Part shown: in pieces, positions 13,135-27,025 of the stretch
Layout of the letters: the number at the start of each line of letters is the position of its first letter
Position numbering within the stretch: position 1 is the stretch's first letter
The notes under the pieces: model-generated
The model's database searches: none
Told to the model about the DNA's origin: nothing
Seen by the model: the letters and a program-made list of their open reading frames with translations, nothing else
Position numbers and translations under genes: made by a program
Assembly: GCA_017499595.2 (NCBI GenBank)
Contig: CM038998.1
Span: forward strand, 4,030,001-4,094,000
Reading direction: 5' to 3'
DNA from: Psilocybe cubensis
Lineage: Eukaryota
Length of the DNA: 64,000 nucleotides

Positions 13135-13648
13135 GAGAAGATGAAATTAAGGAAAGAAATTTGGACTAGGGACCAATACAGTTTCTATCGTAGGCAGCAG
13201 AACCTTGTGGATGAGTTTTGATCCTCCCGCCGCATTGCGTGAAATGGTTGGACCTATCGCGTTAACGGTTACGCGTTAGTCACGTGGTTTGGTACAGCCA
13301 AGTACTTTCAATCGGAGATAATCTCTGATATCAACCCCTAAGGTTAGGACTCATAATTGATCATTTTTTCCGACCATACGAACCACAAATCCATTGCCCC
13401 TCTTTGGGTAGTTGCTGTTTTAATTAATGCACAGCCGCGTTACATATTATTATTCTTTGTTACGGCTGCATGGAAAAACGTTTGCCGGAAGGTCAGGGGT
13501 GGAGCATGGATTTCGTTATCAAGGTCTTTATTTAAAATTGATACCCCACTCCAGATCGTTTCTTTACCCCACATTTTCGACAATATCTGGGGTAATGTCA
13601 ATTAATGTAACGTCCTGAGATTGTCAAGCCATTCTCGCCAGTTCTCGG

Positions 13649-13800
13649 CGCTTCGAACGGTATGGATACTTAGGATTCAACAATTTTAAGGGAAATCTGA
13701 TACTGTACGGGCAATAGTAGATTGCGCTTCGAACAGTGTGGATACTTAGGATTCAATATTTCTACGGGAAATCTGATACTGTACAGGCATTAGTAGATTG
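13649..13800. repeat. Two-copy 76-bp tandem duplication
   Basis: CGCTTCGAAC..GGATACTTAGGATTCAA..GGGAAATCTGATACTGTAC..TAGTAGATTG starts at 13649 and 13725 with a few substitutions. Confidence 0.85.
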
Positions 13801-14632
13801 CAGTCTGTCTAAGGCCTGTGGGCTGTACCTAATGTACGTCACTCTTGGCCTTGTAAACACCTCATGTGCACTTACGGAGTCCCTTTACTTCCTGTCTTTC
13901 CTTTCCCTCTCCGCCGCCTTGGCATTTGTCTGTACCCGTCGCGGTCGATTATGAATTTTCTTGTTCATTTTCATTGCCGATAAGTCACACCACCACCTTC
14001 ATCGTGCATGCCCCCAATATGGCGTGGCTCTCGCAACGGCAGCGGATGGTATGCTATAGCTGGGCTTTATTAAAATTTTGACCCTAACCAAAGTGGAACA
14101 TACCATGCACATATCTTACACAAAGATGATGTGAAAAAACGCTTCATAGTCTTGAAAATGGTTGGAGAGTGTTAATATTCATAGCAACCTGATCAACTAA
14201 TTTCTCCACTTCACGACGTTAATTCTTCGACCTATCATGCTTCTACTTGTCACTGGTTTCGAGCATCAGGTACTTAAAAATTCAAATACGACCAGGACAC
14301 ACTAATTTTGATTTTCATCTTACATTTTTACTCCCATAGGTCCCGCGTCAAATTGCTAGGCATGCGGCATGCCATCTAGCTGGGGAAAGTTGAGGAATGC
14401 AGACTCGGAGGGCTTTGAAGTCCGTTCTGTTGCAATTCTACTATAGCCCATCAGAGCGTCTTGTGACGCCCAGCAGTTCACGCCCCTCGATTCAACGCGA
14501 CGGTTCTCCTAAAAGTATTTCCAACGTGGCTCTCCTTCAATGTCCAGTGACTGGGAAGCGTAGAAGCCAATAAAAGGCTCGTTGTTCGTGAGTCATTTAC
14601 CAGGTTCCCGTCGCCCCATTCCCACTTCTCCG

Positions 14633-16639
14633 ATGGCTTCCACTACAGACTCCAAGAACAGCTCTGACCTCCGAGTTGAAAACATAGAGAAGAGTGAAAC
14701 CCCTGCCCTAGACGCCCATTATGACCCCGCTTTTGTGAAACGAACGATGTATGTTTAATTGTTTGCAAACACTGAACATTGCTGACTGTTACAACCTCCC
14801 CCTCTAGCCGTAGGGTGGATTGGAGAATGTTGCCACTGTTGGGATTCCTGTACGCTGTTGCCCTGATTGACCGTACCAATCTTGGTATTGCCCGCTCAGC
14901 CGGCATGGCTGTCGATCTGGTGAGTTTTTGGCCCATTAACTGAGAACGATTGAAAGGAAATTGACGCTCGGCCAGCGATTAACGATTGGAGAGCGGTACA
15001 GCATCGCATCGATGATCTACTTCGTCCCATACATTTTGCTGTAAGTGAAGGTTTCATAGTCACTTCCCCTTTATTGACCGCCTATTTTGCAGAGAAATTC
15101 CAAGCAATCTGGTTTTGCGCTTTATGGGTGCTCGACTATGGCTCACAATTTGCGTTGTCGGATGGGGAGCAGCGCAACTTGGAATGGGTTTTGTGCCAAC
15201 TTGGGGATACCTGGTACTTTGCCGTGTCTTCTTGGGTGTCTTCGAGGTATGTAGCCCAATATTTGTACAAATTGGCACGAGACAAATGTTAAACCGCTTG
15301 ATATTCTAGGCAGGTTTTTTCCCCGCACTCGTTTTCATCATCACTACCTGGTACAAGCGCCATGAGGTCCAGAAGCGCCTTGCCATTTTCTATCTCTCCG
15401 CAATGGTCATCACGGCTTTCAGCTCGATCTTCGGTACTATAATCTCTTCTGATAACAAAGAACACATCTGACCAAGATATCATATAGCGTATGTTCTTAC
15501 CCTTCTCAAGGGGCGCGGTGGCCTCAATGGATGGCAATGGATTTTCATCATCGAAGGAGTTATCACCATTGCCCTTGGACTCCTCACCTGGCTTTATATC
15601 CCCGATTTCCCTGATAAGAGCAAATTCTTGAATGAAGCCGAGCGAAAGGTACGCTTTATATCCCATACCAAAGAGTTTTGAATATCCATTCAACGCACAC
15701 ACAGATGATTCTTGATCGCGTTGAAGCTGATCGCGGTGATTCCATTCCCGACAAAATGACCAGGGCCAAGTTCTTCAAGCATTTCTTCGACCCTCTTGTT
15801 TGGGCATTCGGTAAGCCGCTCAATTTTTCACGATGATGAACTATCGACTTACAGTCCGTCCGAAGCCTACATGTTTTTGGCCTCAACGGTCCCCGCGTAC
15901 GCCATCGGATTTTTCATCACCATCATTCTCGGTGGAATGGGCTATTCGACGACAGAAGCATTGCTCTTAACCGCTCCTCCTGGCTTGGTCGGCGTAAGTA
16001 ACTTCTACATTGACAGTCTCTAGGAAACTTACTGTTCTTTGAAACTTTAGGCCATCTCAGTATATTTCTTTGCTCATCTTTCCGATAGGACAAGATTGAG
16101 AGCGCCATGGCTTGCTGCTCAGAATCTCCTCACAATCACTGGTTTGTTTGTGGCCGCCTACGCCAAACTTAATGCTGCCCGATATGTTGGACTCTTCCTC
16201 GTCAACATGGGCGCCTCTGGCTGCGTACCAGGCGTCCTTGCATATGTTCGTCAAATTTCCATCAAATTGTTGGAGGGTATGGCTAACTTATATCGACAGA
16301 GTGCTAACAATATCACGAGTCATACAAAGCGTGCCATTCAGACTGCAGTAATCATTGCTGCTGGTGGAATAGGAGGTATCCTGGCTACCACTATGTACAG
16401 GGAAAAGGACTACCCAAGGTCGGTGTTATCTGCAACATCACCAGTCACCCCTTTGATATTGATCGTGTTGATTCCTCGTCAGATATATTCCAGGCATGTG
16501 GGCCACCATTGGCTTCCAGTTTGGAATGCTCGCTATGCTCGCCATTACGACATTCGTCTTCCATCGCCGAAACACCCTGCGTAGAGCAGGCAAGATCGGT
16601 CCTTTGGAAGGCCAAGAAGATTTCTACTACACTTTGTAG
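14633..16639 (+). CDS. MFS transporter, anion:cation symporter (Dal5/Tna1-like) family; multi-exon
   Basis: RRVDWRMLPLLGFLYAVALIDRTNLGIAR, EIPSNLVLR, TTWYKRHEVQKRLAIFY, GWQWIFIIEGVIT, PDFPDKSKFL, C-terminal FYYTL then stop at 16637-16639. Confidence 0.9.
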
Positions 16640-17113
16640 AATAACGCGTCACGACACGTTTTATTTTCTTTACTCTATATCAATGTGTAATTTAAAACTG
16701 TAAAATATCAACAAAAGATAAACAACACAAATCTGTGTGAGCACTCGGCAGAAAGGGATCAAAATTATTTTGCGCTCAGAGCCGCTCGCGTTTTATAAGC
16801 GCGGTCATGCCGTGAGAATATGTTGCCAATTTCATGTGACCTGTTGAACAGTCGAGGTCGAGATGCCACCAAACGCGACGCCTATCAAGTCTTGAAATCT
16901 CCCTTGATACTTTTATACAAATTCTCGTACAGGCGTGCATAACACTTCATACCTGAAAATTCTTATTCGTATTTGAAGACATCAAGCCACCACGAAAGCC
17001 GAGGCAATTCCTTATCTGCAACAAGTACTGGTTTGATCCTCAGGCTGCACTGCATATCATTGGCAAGTTGATGGTATCGCCAATAGTCGCAGAAAGCACA
17101 ACATCCACGAGCT

Positions 17114-20100
17114 ATGACCTCTCAACCATTGCTTAGAGCGCAGAAGGCTTCAGAATCTGAGACTTATGGTTCTTCAATAACAGCGAATGTCAACTCCAAT
17201 TTGCCCAGGTGTGTATACAACACAAGTTCTTCCCTATCCTATCCCGGTGCAGAATAAGACTAAATCATAAAGAACTTCAGAGATACCAGCCAATCAATCA
17301 GATGGATCGAACCAGAAACTCACGAATTTCGTTCTCAAATTGCATCAGGAATGGATAACGAGTTTGTCGAGTGCAGCGTTGATATCTTTTTGAAGCATTA
17401 CCTTCCCTTTGAACCATCAGATGAAGCCGTTGAAACATGCATTGCAAAACTTCTCTGCAAACCTTTTTCTTTCGTCGACGGCGTAAGTGGTGCAAATCCT
17501 AGGTCCGAACAGGTTCCGGAAAAGCCTAGGCGATCGACGTGTGTAAAAACGTTGCCACAGCCTAGTTGTATCGAAAGGCATCCTATATTGTCAGTAGTAA
17601 AGTTTAAGGAACAGAAAGAACCAACAACTTGCGACGCTGAAACAACTGTTCTTCGATTCACAAATTACATGATGCGCCCTGGCAGACAAAGTTTAGGAAA
17701 CAAGAGTGTCTTCGCGCAATTGAAGTCTATTGCTGATGCAGTCGGAGGCCACAGCGAGACCTGTGACGGCAGAGTTCGCAATGATTTTCATTATCTAAAT
17801 TGTCCGGACGCAGTCATTTCGTCAAACATAGGGGGCTTTAAGAACAAGATCGACGCCTGCTTTTCCAATGGAGGAAGTGACTTGAACGTCAAGAACATCG
17901 CTGTGCCTATTGAGCAGCAAGCTTGGGTGGCAAGCAAATACTTTGTGAGTAAAATTTAACCAAGTATCACGTACTTTCTGCCAAACTTTTTCAAGACTAG
18001 TGACCGTCAGGTAGTATCCGCAAATGTTCAAATTATGAACGATGACGTGCGGCGTATGTTCACCTATGGGGTATGTAGAAATAGACTCTGCAAGACGGAA
18101 TATTTCTGATTTTTATTGGTTTCAGATGACCTTTGAAGGCGATAAGGCAACGCTGTGGTATCATTGTCGCTCTCATTCTGCTGTTTCGAAACAATTCAGC
18201 TTTGTCGAGGTATTTAGCATGCTTCTTTTCAATTGATGAACATTATTGATGTAATAGTCTCTAGAATCCCAGATTACTTGTCAAGGTGTTCTTATCGTTT
18301 CTATTTGCAACAGACGAAGAACTCGGCTACGATACCAACGTCACTGCAGTCGAAGGCAAGAAGCGTCAATACATTTTCAAAATCCCCAGTTCTGATGGGA
18401 AATCGGCCAAGTTCTACCGCACACTCAAGGTACTTTCTGAATACCCCTCGAACAACATCTCTGGTCGCATGGCGCGTGTATGGTTGGTCGATCGGGTCGA
18501 TTCTGATGGCAACAAAATTGGCCCGCCATGCGTCTTGAAAGACGTCTGGCTATCCATAAATGCTCTCACTGAAAAGGAGATCCAGACGGCCATCTTTGCA
18601 GATATTGAAAAATACTGTCATCCCGATAAGCCAGATTACAACCTGGCACTGGATCCTCCTACACGCTCTCCGCAGGCTGCTCTCAATGCTATCAAGATGC
18701 GAAATGCCGAGCTTGTTGAATCTGGAGAGTACAAGCAGTACTTTCTTGACATTGAAAGTGACTATTCTGGCAAGCCATCCAAAGACGTTTTGGAGGGATG
18801 TACTCCCGACATGGGCTTGTTTCACAGCGCCCATGCGAATAGGATCGCATCTTTGAACAACATTTCTATTCCATCGGTGGGATCGACAGGTTTTTCAAAG
18901 ACTCGTCGGTCTTCCATTAGAACATATACCCCCCGTAAACAGTATCGCGTCATCTTCAAAGAAGTCTGCCAGGCTGTGGGTGATCTGCCTACTTTGGGGA
19001 AGGTGGTTAATGTGCTCAAACAAACTGTTATTCGTGAGTGACAATCTTGATCAAATATCCACATTTTCTTATGTACTCTCTAGCCCTCTCTCTCTTGTAT
19101 TGCGCCAACTGGGTACACAGAGATATCAGCTCTGGGAACATTCTTGCCCATCAGCAAGGCTCAGTCTTTCGAGCTAAGTTATCAGACCTTGAATATGCCA
19201 AGAAATTTCCGCCACCTGCAGACCATCAAGGCAACGCTGATGCCAAAACGGTACATTTGCTATTTTAATCTTCCATGTGTACTGCTTTCCAAACAACATT
19301 CCAGGGAACTCCCTTTTTTATGCCTGTTGAGATAATGCAAAACTGTTATCTGTATGGCAAACCGAAAGCCGACAACGTAGATTCAAGAATCGAGGACCCA
19401 GTTATTTTGTTGGCAGAAATGCAACGCGTCGAGCATGGTGCTATGAATGATAAAGTTTGGACGAAAATACCATCTTATGAGGCGGTAATCTATAATTTCC
19501 AACACGATTTAGAGTCACTTTGGTGGGTCTTAGTGTGGTCTCTAACTGCACGTGTCAACCACCAACCTTCCAGGACGTGGGCCAACCAAATTTTTCAACA
19601 TGCCGATGTACCTACCTCTGAGAGGGTAAAATTTCTAAGGCCCTTTGACGAAAAGGATCTTGACACAAACACAAAAGCTCAGGACCCTTTGCAAGCTACC
19701 ATGCTCCCATCGATCTCATTTCTCAACTACATCGTGAACATTTTAAAAGATGCCTTGCATGTTGCTTATTCAGAGCATACAAGCAATGCCATCCTGAGAG
19801 AACCGCTATCTTATGCTATTGTTGTAAACCGCTTTTATTTGGGTTTCCAGCTATTCGACCGTGTTGCTGGCGCCCCCTGGGAGGAAACCCCTCTGGTGAT
19901 GAACATCCCTGCTGAAGGTCCCGACACTGTCCAACCTGTTGATACCAATACAGCAGTGTCTAGTGCTCCTTCACTTATCCCCCATCAAAAGGGGTCCAAT
20001 CCAAACATTCGGAAGACAGCACCCTCAGAATCGTTTCAACCAGGCTCGGGCGACGAAGACGTCAAACCTACCATAGAACAGCAAAGATCAAAGCGCTTTA

Positions 20101-20177
20101 AAAACCAGGATGATTCTATCACCAGCAGTTTGATGACTGGGCGCCAATCCAAATCAAGCACAAGATCGAAAGCTTGA
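17114..20177 (+). CDS. Fungal-type protein kinase (FunK1/Pkinase_fungal), copy 1; multi-exon
   Basis: QIMNDDVRRMFTYG, ISGRMARVW, VLKDVW, HRDISSGNIL, LSDLEYAK, GTPFFMPVEI, QHDLESLWWV. Confidence 0.85.
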
Positions 20178-20561
20178 GATGATGATTCAACTCGACGTCA
20201 ATAAAAAGCGACCTCCATCTCGTGGTTTTACGGGCCGTACTTTTACAGTTGTTGACTCAATAATTTATACTGTGTTGTAGCTAGTATATAAATCCATAGA
20301 TAAATTCGCGATAGCACAAGATTTTCTCAGTCACAATTAAAAAAACCATTGCTTCACCTAATGCACAAGGGGAGGCAAGATTTCTTTGTCGGAAGAATAA
20401 TAATGAGCATACCGTGAGAATGTGTTGACACCGTCACATGCCAGGCAGTGAACGCGTTGAAATGGCATTTTACATCTCCTCTATATAAGTCACCTATGTT
20501 CTGATATTCCTTGTGCGTCAGAATCCAGCACAATAATACCCCCTCATTTACAATCCTCTCT

Positions 20562-23389
20562 ATGTCTACCTATGAGTGCCTTTTCCAGCGCCAAATGGAT
20601 AACGAGTTTGTTGAGTGCAGCGTCGATGTTTTCTTGGAGCATTATCTTCCATTTGAGCCTTCTGAACTAGCTGTCGAAGTATGTATCTTGAGACTTCTTG
20701 GAAAGGACCCTGTTCCCACCAGCAATGCTACTGAAGGTTACCCCAGCCCCGAACAGGCTGCAAGAGCGCTTAGACGATCCACATGCTTAACACCACTTCA
20801 TCAACCTGTCAATGACAAAGAACAGCCAATATTGTCGGAAGTCATACTGGAGGAAACCACTGCTCTTCGATTCACCGACTATATGGAACGTCCTAGTAAA
20901 CAAGAGGCAGTGGAGAAGACGTTATTTGCTCCCTTGAAGTCTATCGCTGATGCCGTCGGAGGCTACAGCGAGACCTGTGACGGGAGGGTTCGCAACAATT
21001 TTCAGTATCTGAATTGCACGGAAAGAGTTATTTCGTCGGACATCGGGGGCTCAAACAATAGGATAGATGCCTGCTTTTCAAATGGAGGAAATGATCTGTA
21101 CACAAAGGATATCGCTGTGCCTATTGAGCAAAAGGTCTCCTGCGCCAACAGGGATTTAGTAAGTGTTATGCAACCTTTTGCACATGCTTTTAGCCAATCT
21201 TTTCTTCAAGAACAACTGTCAGGTAGTATCAGCAAATGTTCAAATCATGAACGATGACGTGCGGCGCATGTTCACCTATGGGGTACGTAGAATAGACTCT
21301 GCAAAACGGAATATTCTGATTTTTATTGGTTTCAGATGACGTTTGAAGGTGATAAGGCAACGCTGTGGTATCATTGTCGCTCTCATTCTGCTGTTTCGAA
21401 ACAATTCAGTTTTATCGAGGTATGCTCGTATGGTTCTTTTGAATTGGCAAATATTATTGATCTAATAATCACCCTAGAATCCGAAATTACTCGTCAAGGT
21501 GTTCCTGTCATTTCTATTTGCAACACACGAGGAACTCGGCTACGATCCTAACGTCACTGCGGTGAAAGGCAAGAAGCGTCAATACATTTTCAAAATCCCC
21601 AGTTCTGACGGGAAATCGGCCAAGTTCTACCGCACTGTCAAGGTACTTGCTGAATACCCCTCGAACAACATTTCTGGTCGCATGGCGCGTGTATGGTTGG
21701 TCGACCGGGTTGATTCTGAGGGCAACAAGATTGGCGCGCAATGCATCTTGAAAGATGTCTGGCTTTCCGTAAATGCTCTCACTGAAAAGGAGATCCAGAC
21801 AACCATATTTGCAGATATTGAAAAATACTGTCATCCCGACAAGCCAGATTACAACCTAGCATTGGATCCTCCTGAAGACTCTCCCGAGGCCTCTCTCAAT
21901 AATATCAAGATGCGAAATGCCGAGCTCGTTAAATCTGGCGAGTACAAGCAGTATTTCCTCGAAATTGAAAGTGATCATGGTGGCAAGCCATCCAAAGATG
22001 TTTTGGAGGGATGTACTCCCGTCACAGGCTTGTTTCAGAACGCACATGCGAATAGGATCACATCTGTGAACAACAATTCTATTCCATCGGTGGGATCGAC
22101 ACCTTTTATAAAGAGTGGACAGCAATGCAAGCGAACATTTACCCCCCGGAAACAATATCGCGTCATCTTTAAAGAAGTCTGCCAGGCTGTGGGCGATCTA
22201 CCTACTTTGGGGAAGGTGCTTAATATACTTAAACAAACTCTCATACGTAAGCTCCAACCTCGATTAAATTTCTACATTTATTCATGTATACATCCGTAGC
22301 CCTTTCGCTCCTGTACTGTGCTGGCTGTGTACACAGAGACATCAGCTCAGGGAATATTCTTGCTCATCAAGAAGGCAGGATCTTGCGGGCCAAATTGTCA
22401 GACCTTGAATATGCCAAGAGGTTTCCTCCACCTGAAGATTATGAAGCCAACGGTGACGCCAAAACGGTACTTTGTTATTTCACTCTTCTATGGGTCTTGT
22501 TGTCTCAACAAAATTCCAGGGTACTCCTTTTTTCATGCCTATCGAAATAATGCAAGAATTTTATATATATAATCGAATCGACAACAAGAACGACATAGAA
22601 TTTGCAATTCGCGATCCATCTCTTTTTGTCGCCAAACAACAACTCGCCCAGCTTGGTGCCCGCAGGAAAAATACTTCGCAGAACGATATGTCTTGTAACT
22701 CGGTGATCTATAATTTTCAACATGATCTTGAGTCGCTTTGGTGGGTTTTAGTGTGGTCTCTAACCGCACGTGTCAGCCACCAACCTTCCAGGACCTGGGC
22801 CAACGAAGTTTTTCAACATGATGTCGTGCCTACTTCTGAGAGGATACGCTTTCTGAGGGCTTCGTCCAGCATCACGCTTGAAGATATCATGCTCCCATCA
22901 ATCTCATTTATGCATCTCATGGTGGACTACATACGATCTGCCATGAATATTGCGTATTCAGAACGAGCAAGGGACGACACACTCAGAGACACGCTATCTT
23001 ATGCTATCATTGTAGACCGCTTCCATTTTTGCTTTAAACTACTCGAGAGTGTCGCCGGCTCCGCTTGGGAGGAAACGCCTCTTGTGATGAACATCCCCGC
23101 TGATGGCCCCAACTCTGTTCAGCCTGCCGATGGCGCTACAGCAGCGCCCGGTGCTCCCTCACTTTTTTCTAGTCGTAAGAGACCCAATCCAGACATTGGC
23201 AAGGCGGCACCCTCAGAATCTTTTAAACCAGGCCCGACTGACGAAGACGTAGAAGCTACCCTGGAACGGCAAAGGGCTAAGCGCATCAAAACGCGGGATG
23301 ATCCTAACGCAGGCGGCGGCTCAAATGCCGGAAGGCAATCCAACACCGGGACAATAGACGACAGGGCGTCGATCCAAGTTGGGCACTAG
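20562..23389 (+). CDS. Fungal-type protein kinase (FunK1), copy 2; short N-terminus
   Basis: Same motifs and intron positions as copy 1; starts MSTYE and runs almost directly into MDNEF. Confidence 0.85.
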
Positions 23390-23642
23390 GTCAAAAACTG
23401 GAGGTCCGTAGCTCATTTCGATGTAGATAAATAACACCCTCAATCTCTCTTTTTGATATCGTCACTTTGTATCATTTTATGCACTATATCCATTTCCTGC
23501 AATGAAGTTTGTTTCACATCAAGGTTGACCCTGCACAACATGCTCATCATACTGGATTAACGACGACATAACTTTTCTCTCGCTGACAATCGACAATCAT
23601 TTAAACAGCGTCTTTCGGAGTCTTCCGAATACCCAGGTTGTG

Positions 23643-23923
23643 GCGACGTTGCGGATAGACACCTCGTCATCTGCAGCTGCTAGTGCTAGTGGTACAGTAG
23701 TGGTACAGGCAATCTACACAGGATGAGGGCGGAGTCGAGGTCGAGGGATAAGGAAAAGGAAAAGGAGAGGGAGAGGTCGAAGGAACAAGGGAAGGAGAGG
23801 GAGCGCACGCTCACGCGCGCTGAGGCGGCCCGCGATACTCTGCGTGTACCTCTATCTGGTTGGGTGTCCGCGCCACCGTCCTCATCCTCATTCACATCCT
23901 CATCCCGTCAACTAAACACATAA
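23643..23923 (+). other. Orphan fragment paralogous to the low-complexity gene at 35.8-40.1 kb
   Basis: 23643-23725 (GCGACGTTGCGGATAGACACCTCGTC...GCAATCTACACAGGATG) matches 39595-39696 with one indel, then continues into a charged low-complexity reading frame. Confidence 0.7.
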
Positions 23924-24225
23924 AGGAAAAACAAAAGGAAAGAAAACGGGAAAGACAAAAGGAAAGACGAAGACGAAGAAAGTGGACAAGGCAACTGAAA
24001 AGACAACAGAAAAGACGGAAGAACAATCTACACCTACCCCAACCGCACACAAAGCGTCGTCAAAGTTGAATCTTTGGCCGCAATACATTAAATTTACACA
24101 AATATTTAATTATATATGTAGCTTATCGCGAGCAAAAAAAATTATGTAATTAATCCTGTAACGTTCGTAATTGCTCTCCCGGCAACTCCAGCACCAAACT
24201 TGTCCTCTACCTTTTGTCCTCCCTC

Positions 24226-25570
24226 ACGGGAATACGCGATGTATGGGCACCTAATCTAGAGGCGGAAATGAGAGTCATCCGCGATCTGATAGAACATTTC
24301 CCGTATGTCGCAATGGTCGTATCTCAGTCCACATATATTTCCAACACATCGCTCATCCAATGCCACTAGTAGGACACCGAATTTCTGGGAGTCGTCGCTC
24401 GTCAAATAGGAAACTTTAAGACTTCCTCGGACTACCATTATCAAACTATGCGGTGTAATGTTGACCTGCTCAAGATCATTCAAGTTGGGATCACGCTGGC
24501 GAACGAGGACGGGGAGTTTCCACAGGAAATCTCAACATGGCAGTTTAATTTTTGATTCAGTTTGACGTGTGTTCTTCTGTTCTGTTTATACTGTAACCAC
24601 ACTGACGAACCTGTTATTTAACAACCCAGTGATGATATGTTCACGCCTGACTCTGTGGAACAATTGCAAAAAGCTGGTATTGATTTCGGACGCCATGAGG
24701 AGTTTGGGATCCTTCCCAATGATTTCGCCGAACTTATGATTACGTCGGGCATGGTGCTATCGCACGATACAAAATGGATATCTTTCCGCAGGTGTGTGGT
24801 CTGCCCTAACTAGTTGCTGTTAGCCATTCCGACATCCACCGCACAACGCGCTATTGGAAGAGCCTTCTTTAGGCTTCGTGTCTTCTGAACAGTTTGTTTT
24901 ACAGAGCTTGCTGACAATTATTGGATTCTAGCGGCTATGATTTTGGATATTTCGTGAAAGTTTTGACAGCGGAATCTCTACCGACAAACGAAGATGCCTT
25001 CTTTTTACTTCTCAAAATATGATTTCCCACCGTTTACGACATCAAGTTCCTGATGAGGGCGTCTAAGGCCCTCAAAGGTGGCTTGCAAGAAGTTGCAGAC
25101 GACCTCGGCGTACGTATTCAAACATGATTTATTTATTGATTTCTCAAAAACCATCATAGGTCATGCGCATCAGCACGGGTCAGCATGAGCAAACTGGCTC
25201 TGACTCTCTCCTGACAGCTTCAATTTTCTTCAAGATGCAAGAAATTTACTTCGATGATCACATTGATGACGCAGAGTATTCAGGGAAGCTATACGGTCTT
25301 GGACAAACCTTTTCGATGTCAAATAGGTTGACTGATCCCGCAAGAGGAGGGGTTACGATCGCCGAGAGAGAAGATAGAGGTTCAGTAAGGGACGCTCACA
25401 ACCAAACACCTGGACCCAACAATGGTAGCAGCCAGCAAACACAGCCGACGTCGATGACGTTGGGTCCTATGACAGCTGGTATACAACCTGCCATGACACC
25501 TGGTGGATATGGCTCCATGAACAATGGACCACAAGCATACATGCGGACGATGGTAGGGGGAGGGCGTTAA
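24226..25570 (+). pseudogene. CAF1: CCR4-NOT deadenylase CAF1/POP2 (CNOT7) pseudogene with introns
   Basis: IRDVWAPNLEAEM..YVAMDTEF, YHYQTMRCNVDLLKIIQVGITL, TWQFNF, SGYDFGYFVK, KGGLQEVADDLGV, GSDSLLT; ACG at the probable start position (24226); in-frame TGA at 24553-24555 and 25020-25022. Confidence 0.9.
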
Positions 25571-26169
25571 TGTATACCTGGGCTACCCCATTGCGTATTT
25601 CTACTCTCGGAATTGTGTGGCATGTATATCTGTATTACTGTATTGCTAGATAGATAAATGGCATTTTCTGTAAACTCCTAACCACTCGAAATTGGCCATA
25701 CTTATGTCAGGACAGGTTATGTACAAGAACCATTCTCAGATCCGGATTTCATCTACTTGTCCACCGCGGTGGTTCACGTGATAATCAAACTCTAACTTTA
25801 CATCGACCAAAGTACCGAAATTTTCCAAAAAGAAAATAATACAATTGAGCCTAATAAATTATGAGCGTTAGAACCCTGAATAGGGCCACTTTTTCTGTAT
25901 ATGCAAGCTCCCTAAAAACCAGCTCCAAATATCTTTTCTCTCTCCATTCTAAGGACGAGATACCTTCAAGGTGACATCCAATCAGAGTAACAAAATATTG
26001 CTTGTGAGAGCGCCTCAGTGCCGGTCCTTAGGAAGAAAGGTATGAGAAAGGAGCTTCTCAGGACAGGTGTACATTCCTTTATCTCCCGCCATTCGCCATT
26101 CAATTTCCTGCCAGTGAGTGAACAAACAAATCATAGTCAGTGAAAGCTCTTTGCGAGAAAGAATATTCT

Positions 26170-26829
26170 TACCAGATACATTTCCTAGCCTTTCATACAG
26201 AAATCAATGTTGCTGTCAGGAGTGGTCTGAAAATGGTTGGAGAAGATAACACCTATGGACAGACTCTTGACCTGTAGTTTTTCGAGCTTGTCAGGTCCAA
26301 GACGCTTGAGGAGTAGGACAATAACGACTCAACACGTATTCGACACTGGACAATCCTTGTTGCACGACATTGGGAACGGTCCTATAGCAATGGCTTATTC
26401 GATAGACCAATTCCTTGTTCGGAAGAACAGCAAGAATTACATGAAGAAAACATACAAGAAGAATCCAATGGACGACCCAATGCAACACCAGTATTGTAAC
26501 TGGCAGCCTAGCCCTTGTCATTCATCATCTGGAATGATGCTGGGGTGGTTGCCCAATTAATGGCGCCCCACAATTTCTTGTTGGAAAGCACAGCAAAAGC
26601 AAAGCAAAAAAACCAACTGGGGACCAGGCAAATAAAAAAGGGACTGGCCTAGGATGGATGGTGTGGAGAGCACTTGGAAAGCAGATAAACTGGACCAACC
26701 AAAAGCAAAGATCTTCATCCTTTGTCCATTTTCCCAATGCACAGATGAATCTACATATTGGTTATGCACTCCCTCATCCGAGGAGGCGTCATCATAGTCA
26801 TCTATCGCAAGAGTACCAGAATCTGACAT
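26170..26829 (-). pseudogene. Unidentified decayed coding remnant
   Basis: Protein-like text (LSTPSILGQSLFYLPGP / FAFAVLSNKKLWGAINWATTPASF) split by a frameshift and stops; family not recognised; boundaries approximate. Confidence 0.3.
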
Positions 26830-27025
26830 TCTGGATACAGATTATCAAGGTGCGCATAGTACTCGGGACTGTGACTACATTGATGCTATATTGGAAATGA
26901 GGAGTGACGGGAGCATTGGAATATAGGTCAGTGGTCGGACAGTTGGGTCCTGGATGCTGGCTATGCCGGGCTGAGGGCTTGAGATGCTGCTAGAGGATAT
27001 CAAGAATGAACACTGCTGGTGTTAG

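Noticed and set aside
13649..13800. Possible CRISPR-like or regulatory array
   Set aside because: Only two adjacent units with no spacers in a eukaryotic genome; a simple tandem duplication.
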